This document shows positions 1-11,304 of a stretch of 64,000 bases of DNA, one piece after another. A model generated the notes under the pieces. The model was not told where the DNA came from and did not search any database. It worked only from the letters and a program-made list of their open reading frames with translations. Made by a program: the position numbers and the translations under genes. Each line of letters starts with the position of its first letter. The first letter of the stretch is position 1. The stretch lies in the NCBI GenBank assembly GCA_965112155.1, contig OZ218105.1; one strand, 5' to 3'. This DNA comes from Podarcis liolepis. Taxonomy: Eukaryota.

Positions 1-1082
1 ACAGGTAAGGAGAGCTATTGAAAGGCTCACTTTCTGTTACACGTCAAAAGTGCACTTTAAGCAGCTGCTGAGAAAAGGCAAAACAAAATAACTACTTCTG
101 AGAGTACTAGTACAATCCAGTTTGTACCAATTGGTAAAATGGTCAAATCTTGAAATTGGGAGGGACTCTTTTTTTTCAAATCTGGTGGCAACTTCTACTG
201 ATTTTGCTTAGGCATATATACCTCTGATATAGGGTTCCTGCTTTGTACTTAGAACCTTAAATCACAACTGATTCTCTTCCAGCACATGCCAGACCTATAA
301 TTCTAAAGATGCTTTCACATAATACTTCACAACACATTAGAGCTTTTTTTGTGATATCTGAGTCAGGTTTGATCATAATTAAGAAATGAAAGAATATGGA
401 AGACAGTGTGATAGTAAATTCTAGGCAACATAAGTTGCTGATACACGTTTTAAATAACACTACATAAAGCAGTAGCCACACAAACACTTTTAGCCTTTTA
501 ACTTTCCTGTCACCATATTACTATAACCTTTTTTTAATTGCCTCATATTTATTACCCTGTTTTTCAATCAAGATACTCTTTTGAAAATTATAGTGAACTA
601 CAAGGCTAGGATCCTGTCCTATTACTAATAAAGGTTTCATCTCCCCCATCCTGTAAATATAAAAACATTCTGGTACTTTTATCTGTTTCTTCACAATTTA
701 CCACTTCTCATAAAATTGCCAGCAAACAGTAACTTCTTGTGTATTTGGCCCTCAGAACACTGTTTACAGTAAATTAAGACTAAAAATTCCCCTGTGGGGA
801 AAGATAGTAGTAGAACCAGTTTAGGATGTGCATGGAGGCACTGAGGTGAGTGCCTTGATCTTGAAAGGTTGTTTTTAATGAGTGCTTCAGATTCTTGTGT
901 CTTTGAAAATTAGGGTTAAATGAATAGGCCAAAGGGATGTACTAAGTTATTGGCAGGACTACGAAGAAATCTCAGGAGCCCAGGTTCCAAGTCTCTAGCT
1001 CTATCTACAATGCCATAATATATTCAGCATCATTTACAGTCCATGTACTTGTCAAATGTGCATCAGCATTTTAAACACTTAC

Positions 1083-1283
1083 TGTCATAAGCAGTTTCTC
1101 TACACAGTCAGGAGACACACTGTGCAAATGGGTCAAATGCAGCTGAAGATGCATTTTGTTGCTCAGGACATCTTGGCAGAGGGGACAGCAGATAACAGGC
1201 TGCATAGAATGCTGTGACAGGACGTGCATCTGGATACGATTTGGGTCCCTGCTATTGTAGTTACAATAAGGGCACTGGTAAAA
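1083..1283 (-). CDS. ZFHX4: ZFHX4 internal coding exon (201 nt, phase 0-0) encoding two C2H2 zinc fingers; probably equivalent to human exon 8
   Basis: Translates [67 protein letters not shown], near-identical to recalled vertebrate ZFHX4. Acceptor tgtttttcag (AG at 1285-1284); donor ACA|gtaagt (GT at 1082-1081). Confidence 0.97.
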
Positions 1284-2047
1284 CTGAAAAACATCCAAGA
1301 AAGATTCAGCCCATTAGACAAAGCTTGCTTAACGCCCTGAGCAAATCGTCTGTCACTACAGTATTACTGGCCCTCTTTTCAAGATGGTGCATCTTCTCTG
1401 TTGCCTGCCACCTACAGTATCTTCCATCAATTCCTCACTACCTTCAGCCTCTATCAATACCCAGATACACAACTCACGTGGGAAGACCACTGCCATGAAA
1501 AAAGGTGCAGGTTTAGAAGGAAGGAGGAAACCTGACTAGTCATGGGGGGTGAATTTTGGCAGCAAAAGAAGAGTTTGGATACCATGTAAATGAACTCCTT
1601 AGCTTATACAGTTTTATAATTTTTATCTCATGACACCTGTTATTTTATAACACAGTATCTATTGAGTGGCCAGTCAGGAATCATCTGGAAAGAAATAAAG
1701 CACCTGTGGCTTAAAATATCAGATAATGGTAGCTGGGGTAAGTTTTGGACATGTTCTCTTTGGGATTCTGGATTTTTAATTTTTTTCCTCTGTAGGTCTC
1801 CCAAGCATCCAAACATGCATATATAGTGCTCTGGTAACTAGTTCTGACATAAGGATTTGCTTCTTATGATAAATGTGGGCCCTTTTATCTTTTTGCAACA
1901 CTGACAAGGTCAGGAAGATGAACTAGAGGAACAAGGTCCAACATAGCACCTGATGAATTAGCATGACATAGGAATTCACCCCCAAAATATTTATGACGTA
2001 AGAAAAACAATGCTACAAAGCAGTAAGGATCTAACAATACACTTTAC

Positions 2048-2181
2048 CTGTTCGTGACCAAACTTATTTTCCTCAGAAAGTTTGGACTTTTTGGGTGCGC
2101 CATCTTCTTCTTTAGCCGGAAGTAGTGGTTGTTCCCCTGCTGCAGTAATTACTTTTGGTTCCTTCTCTGGTGTGTTTATTC
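2048..2181 (-). CDS. ZFHX4: ZFHX4 internal coding exon (134 nt, phase 1-0); probably human exon 7 equivalent
   Basis: (G)INTPEKEPKVITAAGEQPLLPAKEEDGAPKKSKLSEENKFGHEQ resembles recalled human GIITPEKELKV...KPTEDNKFCHEQ. Acceptor ggaagcag, donor CAG|gtaaag. Joins in frame to exon 1283-1083. Confidence 0.95.
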
Positions 2182-5034
2182 CTGCTTCCAAGACAACATG
2201 TAAAAATACATTATAAATAGCTAACAGATTGCTGGGTTTACTGTGACTGCAACCCCTTAGGGTGTCTTACTGCAATTTTAAATATTGCAGGGCTCCTTAT
2301 TAAAGTTAAACCATTTTTGAAACTGAACAGGTACAAAGGTGACAGCACACTTATCTCTGAAGCAGAGCAGACTCTATAAATACATTAAAAATGTACTCTT
2401 CTCTCTTGTTTAGATAACCTTATGTTGCTCTAAACAGTAATCAATAACTAGCTCTCTCTAGTATCTCAGTCTGAAATTTTATACCACATTAAGAGAAACA
2501 AGTTTCACCTTCAATTCTTTGTTCTTCATTTAATTTGAAAGCATTTAAATATTATTTCCCCCTTTAAAATATTGAAGGAGCACAATTATTATGTTATTCA
2601 AATAAAGCCACCACATTACCAAATTTAGTAACCCCTATGAAAAAAGAAAGGTTATTGAACAGCTAAAAATTAATTGTACACAAAGATCAGTCTTCTTTGT
2701 TGCACTGAATGTTTACCTGATGTTTAAATGTTTCTACAATGTTTTTAAAAGCAATAATAGTATTATTATTTTAAGATATTTTTAACAGTATGTATTAAAT
2801 TATATATTTAATATTCAGTCTAAGCTAGCTGCATAATACAGTGAGGATTGCACACATCAAAGAAAGGAGTGCAATTCTAATTTCCTAGTCCATAAGAAAA
2901 TTCTTTCCAGTGTCAATTTGCCAGATAATCTCTTCTGCTAGGCTGGATANNNNNNNNNNNNNNNNNNNNNNNNNNNNNNNNNNNNNNNNNNNNNNNNNNN
3001 NNNNNNNNNNNNNNNNNNNNNNNNNNNNNNNNNNNNNNNNNNNNNNNNNNNNNNNNNNNNNNNNNNNNNNNNNNNNNNNNNNNNNNNNNNNNNNNNNNNN
3101 NNNNNNNNNNNNNNNNNNNNNNNNNNNNNNNNNNNNNNNNNNNNNNNNNNNNNNNNNNNNNNNNNNNNNNNNNNNNNNNNNNNNNNNNNNNNNNNNNNNN
3201 NNNNNNNNNNNNNNNNNNNNNNNNNNNNNNNNNATTGTCCAGGGGTAATCTGACTGTATGTTGTGCATGAAGATTTATCTTGATTTTCAAAATCCACATG
3301 GAGTTCATATAAATGAACAAATTGAACCTTGTTGTCTAATAACCTAGCTTTAATTTTAAAATAAGGTTATGGCAATTACTGAAACAAAAGCTTTAAAAAA
3401 ATACTTGTAGAAAATATCAGTTAAGCAGGACCTTGAGAGGATGACAAAAATGGATATACCTTTGAAAAATGGGGGCACCATTTGAAAAAAATATATAAAA
3501 CACTGTACTAATTAAGAAGACATATTATGAAAGGGTCAAATATATTTTTTGTGTAGGTACTTTTTAAATATATGAATGCAGTTTATGATAAATGCATTGA
3601 ACTGATTCCTGTATTTCATCCCTATTGTTAAATTTAATTAGGAACACGCTAGTATTGGTGGTAAAAGTATCTTCTCTGACATTTTTAACAGAATGACTGA
3701 TTGATCAACATGAACACAATGGATTGCATAGTAACAGCCAGGGCCTTGCCTTTGGGTTGTTTTTTTTAATTTTGCAAGTTGCCTATGATGTTAAGGAACA
3801 ACATTATTTTAAGACCAAAAATATATGATTTCCCAGTCATTCCAACTTTAAGCCATATTAACAAAATACTAAATATTTGCATTATTGGAATACTGTATTA
3901 AACACAGAAGCATGATAACTTACTTCTGATTCACTTGTGGCAACACACCCCTGCACTTCCTATAAATCAACAGGATGGCATTTTAAGTGACTTTTTTTAA
4001 AAAAAGGAAAGACTTTTGAGAAACAAGGAGCCAAAAGGTTTTGTAAAAGGCGGTGAAAATATACTCCATGCATTGGAAAGCTACACCTGTTGGTGTCTAC
4101 CTTGGCTGTGAATTCTGGAAGTCCTGCTCCCTGCCTTGCAGGCCTTTTCCCACCTAGCCTGGGAGCGTGGGGCCCTAGCTGACTCCAGCTACAGAAGCTG
4201 AGGCTGGTGAAGAGGCCAGAGGACTGCTTCTTGTCTGCCTCTTAGTGCAAACGCAGGTCACTGAGCCTGAGCTCCCACAGCCATCACCCACCATGAACCA
4301 CCATAGGCAAGATTGGGAGACTTAAGATAATATTTTTAGTCTCTTCCTAATTGTGCTGTTTTAAAGGTACACTTTATATCTGACTTCCCCTTTTAATGTT
4401 AAGATGATTTGAGGGGGGGGATTCACTTTGCTGCGTCAAATGTGCATTCCAAATTTATCTCCTTTGCAATTTCAGAATCTTTAACTGTAAATAAAAACAA
4501 TTAAAGGATTTAAAAGACATCAGTAGCAAACTAAAAATTCAAGCAGATAGGAGATCATACCTTAAAAGCTGACTGAAATAAAAGTCGGCTAAAGACGGAT
4601 AAAGGCAGAGCTTAGCTCTGGGAAGGTAGTTAGATTCTCTTTTTCTACCTACCTGACATCACCTTATCTGATCTCACAGTCTGGGCAAATTAAGAACGTA
4701 GCAATAGGAAAACTGGTATGGCCATCACATTTTGAAGCCTCAAACAATCAAAGCACCATGCAGGGCTCTTTAGAAACCTCATGCAGAGATTCCTGGAACG
4801 CATTTTGGAGTCCCACCACACTTCAGAAGGCAGATGTGCAGCACTTTAGAAGCCCTGCCTATCACCTGATTGGCAGGGCTTCAGAAGCCCATTTTGGCCC
4901 ACCTAGCCATGTTTTTAGCTGCTTGCATTGGACATCATATATGACATCACTGATGTGCAGGTGGAATGTGGCTTGGACAAAATGGCCTGGCTGGCGTCAT
5001 TGGGCCTGCAACCATCCCTAGTGCACCCTGACCA

Positions 5035-5137
5035 CTAGGGTTTCAGACAGGAGTTTTCTTCTGTTGCAGATGCCAGGGATTGAATCTGGGACCTTTTGCA
5101 TTCCAACCATGTGCTCTACTACAGAGCTACAACCCTT
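5035..5137 (-). mobile_element. tRNA-derived SINE 5' fragment (squamate SINE2/Squam2-like)
   Basis: Reverse complement reads agggttgtagctctgtagtagagcac...aggtcccagattcaatccctggcatct...ctcctgtctgaaaccct, with degenerate A and B boxes. Confidence 0.65.
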
Positions 5138-6036
5138 TGTATGATAGCAGACACTTTCTGTGGCAATGCGGTTATAAGCCATTTAATTCGATACTAGTCA
5201 ATACAAGCACTTAAACATCAACCTCAGAAACAAATGGGCATCCAATACAGATGAAGATCGATCTATACACTATGATCTTTTAGTGCCATACAACAGCCTG
5301 GCAACATCAACTGAATTTTCCAGACTCTGTTTGAAGGCAGGCCATAGAGAGCATATTAACTCTGTATGGAAGCGACAAGCCAGATCTACCTTCTCCAGGA
5401 AAGGCTGGTGATGAATTAGCTGAAGTTAGTAAAATACACTCATAGTGCCCGACTAAAAAGTACCCCAGGTTGCACAACCATTACTTCAAGGGAGCACTTA
5501 TACCAGGAATTTAGCCCACTTAATTCTGTATTATTCTGAATATGTTTCTGTTTGTCTACCTAGTATCTCCTGAACCAACTCTTCACACACTGGTTTGTTA
5601 GCAACACTTCCTCCCTGGGATTAGAAAATGAAAACAAGCAGACTAGTGATGACACTTCAACCTATACCTCCAGTTGACCTATCTCAGTGGTTTTGTGCAG
5701 ATGTTAAAAAGCATGGGAAAGAAGCTGGAATGCTGTTCCATGGGGTAAAATAGCAGTCTTCCAGCACCACATTGAGTCCCTCTTGGGAATAAGCAGAACC
5801 ACTTCCAGAAAATTCAACCATCATACCCCACATAAACCAGTCCTCCATCTAAGTACAAACTCTAGCCAAGGACAAACACCAAGAGCAATCAAGGCAGTTT
5901 TTGTTCCAAAACCTGATTGGAAAGGATCTTACTATCAGCCTGGACCAGAGATGTCACCACATACTTCAAACTTTTACCCAAAATGGTAGGTTTGATACTG
6001 GATGTGAGATGTTAGGATTGTTCAGATATAAATTTA

Positions 6037-6520
6037 CCGTATTTTTCGCCCTATAGGACGCACTTTTTCCCCTCCAAAAATGAAGGGGAAATGTGTGTGC
6101 GTCCTATGGGGCGAATGCAGGCTTTCGCTGAAGCCTGGTGAGCGAGAGGGGTCGGTGCGCACCGACCCCTCTCGCTCTCCAGGCTTCAGGAAGCTCTGTG
6201 CAGTCCTCAGGAGACTGGCGCCACTTTTCGCCCGCCTCCCGATGGCTGCGCAGAGCTGCCTGCTGTTCCGGGGCGAGTGCAGCTCTGCGCAGCCATCGGG
6301 AGCGGGGCACAGAGCTGCGCCCGCCTCCCAATGGCTGCGCAGAGCTGCCTGCATTCCGAAGCCTGGGGAGACCGGCGCGACTTACTGCTGGCCTCCCTAG
6401 GCTTGCAGATAGCAGGCTGTTCTCGGGGCTGGGATTGGGGGATTTTTTTCTTTATTTCCCCCCACAAAAAAACTAGGTGTGTCCTATGGGGCGGTGAGCG
6501 CTATGGGGCGAAAAATATGG
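6037..6520. mobile_element. Young Tc1/mariner (Tc2-like) MITE
   Basis: TIRs ccgtatttttcgccctatag / ctatggggcgaaaaatatgg; TA duplication at 6035-6036 and 6521-6522; CpG-rich interior with palindromes. Confidence 0.9.
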
Positions 6521-6907
6521 TATTTCCCTAAACCCCCACAACTCACCCCCAAATGATCTGAAACACTGCATCTTTTAAGGCTGCAAGCAGCCTCAATCAG
6601 AGAGCCATTAACATATTTAGTGGTTGGCCTTAGTTCTGCAATTAACCTAGTCCACAACCTCTGGATGAACAAGTTTAAATTACCAGATGGACCTCAAGTT
6701 AAAACCATCTCTGATTCTAAGTGGTGTCTAAGTCAGAAACCATGAAAGTTATTTTATTTGTGCAATAGTTGGCAAATAGGTCCCAAGAGCTATTCTTGCT
6801 GGCCATGATAAGAAAGACTTCTAACCACATGAAATAGGTCTGCTGCACAACACTGAAGAGATGCATACCAGGACTGTGACAGCAGCCATGTTGTTGATAT
6901 TGTGGTG

Positions 6908-6990
6908 TTTATTATTAAATTAGTCTACTGCCTGCCATTCGTAGATCTCAGGGTGGCTCACAATACAAAATTACAAGATAAAAACACACA
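6908..6990 (-). mobile_element. L2-type 3' tail fragment
   Basis: tttattattaaatt...atctcagggtggctcacaa, the same tail motif as 61921-61988. Confidence 0.5.
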
Positions 6991-7740
6991 AAATACATTA
7001 TAAAATGTATTGTTGCGGTCTATATGGGTCAGAGAGTGCCATCATTGAATTTCTGCATATCACATTATACATTTTTTTTCCAGAGAATTTTGCCTGAAAA
7101 TCTGGTTTGATGACAAAATGCCTTTGAGGAAGCAGGAAAAATATGCACAAAAAAACTCTTTCAGAAATGTCTCAGAGTTGACATGTCAATGTCAATGTAC
7201 CCCCTAAAACAAGAGCTATAGTGTTAATCAAATCTATGATTTATACCAACTGAGAGTCAGTTCTGATAATTGATATAATATTGAAAGATAAGTACTTTTG
7301 GAAATTTTTCACTACTAGACTCTCCTTTCATGCCAATCTGAACAAAAAAACTTCATGCTGGATTCTCAAAATCATTTGTATTTGCAAAACAGACACATTT
7401 GGCAAACTCAATGTGTCAATGCCCTTGAAACACCACATGACACAAGATTAACAGTACAATGAACTATTCCTATACCTTAGGTGTTCATATTTGTAGGAAG
7501 CTTGATTGATGTTGCTGCTTTGATTTGACGTCGTGTTTAAATGTTTAAATGTTTTTGAATTTTTGAATCTCGATCTGATAAGGCATTAAAATGCAGATAT
7601 TTTTGGAAATGAAATGCTTAGTTATCATGTGAATACTGTGTTCTAACGTCCCATTGTCCTGTAAATTCTGAAAACCTATACAGTACATATACCCCAACAG
7701 AAACACCATGACCACCACATCTACATCAGTATTGATAAGG

Positions 7741-8905
7741 ACATAAGAAGGGCCTGCTGAATCAGACCAATGCCTCATCTAATGCACTGCCCTGTTATCA
7801 CAGTGGCCAACCAAATGCTTTTATGAAACCTGCAAGCAGGACTCGAGCACGAGAACAGTCTTCCCCTACTCCCACGGTGGTTTATGGCAACTTGTATTCA
7901 GCAACATTACCACCTCCTACTGTGGAAACACAGCATAAACATCATGGTTAGTAGCAATTAATAGCCTTACAGCCCATGAAATTATCCAATCCTCTTTTAA
8001 AGCCATCTAAGTTGGTGGCCATCATGGCCTCCTGTGGGAGCAAGATCCATAGTTTAGCTACGTGCTGCATGAAGTAGTACTACCTTTTATGTTATGAATC
8101 TTCCAATATTCAGCTCCATTGGATGTCTACAAGTTCTATTGTTATGAGAGAGAAAGAAAATAATTTCTCTATCCACTTTCTCAATGCATAATTTCACAAA
8201 CTTTAACAACTCTACAATATTCTTTTTAAAGTGAGACAACCAGAACTGTACACAGTATAATGGCACTATATTAACAGTTTTATTTTCAATTTATTTCTTA
8301 ATGATTCCTAGCATGGAATTTGCCTTTTTCACAACTGCCACACACTGAGTTGACATCTTCATTGAGCTTCCCATTATGGCTCCGATATTTCATTCTAGGT
8401 CAGTCACCTCCAGTTCAGCTTCCAAAAGCATACAAGTGAAATTAATACATTTTGCCCCAACATGCATCACTTTATACTTGTTACATTGAATTGCACCTGC
8501 CATTCTATTGCCCATTCAAGACATTTGGAGAGATCCTTTTAGAACTCTTCAAAATCACTTATTGTTTTAATGACCCAGAACAAGGGTATCATCAGAAAAC
8601 CTGGTCACCTCACTGCTCACCACTAACTCTAAATTGTTTATGGACACATTAAAAAACACAGGTCCCACTATCAATCCTTGGAGGACTCTACTTTCTACCT
8701 TGTGAAAAGCTTTTTGAAAGTCCAAGTATACTATGTTAACTGGATCACTTCTATCTATATGCTTGTTGACATTATTAAAAAGCTAACAGGTTTGTGAGAC
8801 ATGACTTGCCCTTGCAGAAGCCAGGCTGTTTCTGCTTCAGCAAGACTTGTTATTCTGTTTGTTATCTTATCCTTCACAATACTTTCCACCTGTTTTTCTG
8901 GGATC
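7741..8905 (-). mobile_element. CR1 LINE 3' portion with internal deletions
   Basis: Tail starts acataagaagggcctgctg with a squamate CR1-type 3'UTR. Minus-strand RT remnants IDRSDPVNIVYLDFQKAFHKV (~8700-8760) and PEKQVESIVKDKI (~8865-8903). Confidence 0.88.
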
Positions 8906-8969
8906 ACAAATACAGTATACCAAAGCATAGACCTGCTACCTCTACCACATTGGGATATCCAATACAGTA

Positions 8970-9210
8970 CATTGGTACCTTGGTTTGCATATGTCTTGGT
9001 TTGCATACGTTTTGGATTACAAACATGTCAAACCCAGAAGTGTGTGTCCCAGTTTGCAACCTTTTTTTGGATTACAACCCATTTCTTTGGGATTATGAAC
9101 AATTCTTTTTGGGAGGCCCCATTGGCGAAAGCGCGCCTTGGGTTACAACCTGTTTTGGTTAACAAATGGACCTCCGGAATGGATTATGGTTGTAAACCAA
9201 GGTACGACTG
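8970..9210. mobile_element. Tigger/pogo-like MITE
   Basis: TIRs cattggtaccttggtt / aaccaaggtacgactg; TA at 8968-8969 and 9211-9212. Confidence 0.85.
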
Positions 9211-11214
9211 TACTACTTTTAGAACTGATATTCATCCATACTATTGTTTAACCACAGTTTGTTTCCTTCTATATAGCTAAACTGATAAGTGCTTACTTCT
9301 ACAGGGTGATTCCCATAGTTGATGGCCTGTCAGTACATGTTTCATCATAATACATGCACCAGGAAACAAATCTTCAGTTCCATTTTTGACATGTGTATTG
9401 GTAATAAAAATTACTTAAGTGTAAGAATTAAATCTAAGAAAAACAAGATAAGCTTTTCTAGCACAGTACTGCACAAGAACACACTAGTGTTCTTTCAAGG
9501 TTTCAGCACCTTACCAAGATAAATTTAGATCAGTACTTACGTTCTCATATGAGAGGTACCAGTACCTGTGCTATGAATATGATACACTCAGCCATGGAAA
9601 CTTTTTGCCCACATTCCAGATTTGTTATGACTATTCAGTGATGCAGGAAAACCATTTCAAAATTATTATTTCAAATGTCTGAGGTTTGAGCTCTGCAAAT
9701 TAAATTTCCAGAACTAAAGGCAGGTAAGCCCTGTCTTCCATTAAGCCCCTGTTAAAATTAGAAAGGGGGTGGGGAGGAAATCCCCTAGATAAATAATAAA
9801 TATTTCTATACCTGATTGAAAGTGCTAGCTCTATTTTTTTATCATGGAGCAAGAGACAGGGGCATCTGTGTCTGGAAAGAGTGGCAGGAGCAAGTACTTC
9901 CAGCTAGAAAAAAATAGCTGTTACCTTTTCATTTCTTAAATGTTAGACGTTAGATACATAGTATTAGCAACACTTTATATCCAAACAAAAATATAAAACA
10001 GAGAACAAATTAACTGTATTTTAGCTGGGGTGACTGGACTGCTCTGCCTCTTAATCTATATCCATTAGAACCAATGCAGTACACAGACTAGGTCTACTAT
10101 GTTCTCTGTGTGGTGAATTTGGTATTTTAACAAGTTTCCTGTGAAGGGAGTAAGCCAAAGTTAAACCTTTGCACAACTAGCTGTTGCCAAAACAGCAGCA
10201 GTTTAAAGGGGTATGGTCTGATTTATGTGATACTTGTACTATTCATTGAACTGACAATGTATTATTTAATAAGGAGATTTGGAAAAGTGTAAATAAGGGT
10301 TTTCTACATGTATATCACCTCTGCATCTTAAAGACAGTTGATAAGACAACTGCTGGTGGCTGCATAGATCTAAATTACTGTGTATCAAACACTTATGTCT
10401 GCTTTATATTCCACATGTGGAAGCTACCCAAAATGCCTCCATGTTATCATGTTTAATTAACATTGTGGGGCATAAATGCTAGTATTCGGCTTAATGTGAC
10501 TATGCCCCATCTATGTTTAAGTCAACAATTCTGGCTCAGAAAGCCACCATATGCACAAATGATGTGCACTTGCTTGCATTTCCTTTCCTGCCACTTTGCC
10601 CCACCCATCGAATATGTGAGAAAAGAAACCAGGATTAAGGCTTCAAAACAAGTCAGGATATGGTTTAAAGATGTCTTAACAATTTGGATTTTTTTTTTTT
10701 TAAGCCAGGGTTCACACATTATGGAAATGTATGGTTAATTCCTGAATCCTGGTTAATTTTGCCACATGCGAAAGGTGAAGAAAAGTCTCTGGAAAGGGTG
10801 CAGGTGCAAGTTGTTTGACACTGAGCCAAGAGATTTGGTTTAGTTTCATGTGAGAATGCTGCCATTGTGATTTAGTCCCGTAGTGAAGAATGTGTCACAT
10901 GAACATCGGCTGTTACCAAAACTGTGCAGCACTGGGATGAGCAAATTCCATGTCATTGATTGATTCATGAGGTGACCAGAATATGCTGCACTGCCTGGTC
11001 GATGCTCACATGAGGGTTTAATATATGAAGTAGGCCTCATATGGAACACAATGCTTGTGTAAGATCTGTTACCTATTTTTCTGTGACAAATTATTTCTCA
11101 TCCTATGTCTAATACGACTAGTTATCAAACTTTTTTACATTTTTGCACAAGTACTGAAACAGAAAAGTGATCCATTTAAGTCCAAAGCAGCACTGAATTA
11201 AAAATAAGCATTTA

Positions 11215-11304
11215 AGGCTGCAGTCCTATGCATGCCTAGCAAAGAGCAAGTTTTACTTAATACAGTGGGTTTTATGAGTAAACATGTATGAGGGAGCGCT
11301 GTAA
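11215..11304. mobile_element. Short quasi-palindromic MITE (probably PIF/Harbinger-type); dispersed family
   Basis: ggctgcagtcctatgcatgcc...gagtaaacatgtatgagggagcgctg. Related copies at ~33510-33670, 33877-33968, 58157-58250, 60385-60600, 61220-61295 and 62262-62345. Confidence 0.6.

Larger units (their letters stand above)
4480..6700 (-). mobile_element. Old, fragmented L2-type LINE interrupted by younger insertions
   Basis: Degenerate ORF2-like remnants on the minus strand (e.g. 6484-6672 RLIAELRPTTKYVNGSLIEAACSLKRC; RT-like segments 5160-5930). Boundaries approximate. Confidence 0.55.

Noticed and set aside
6034-6531. Six overlapping GC-rich ORFs
   Set aside because: They arise from the stop-poor palindromic interior of a non-autonomous MITE; no transposase motifs.
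8794-9280. 122-aa and 159-aa ORFs
   Set aside because: They span a CR1 remnant and a Tigger-like MITE; no coherent protein.
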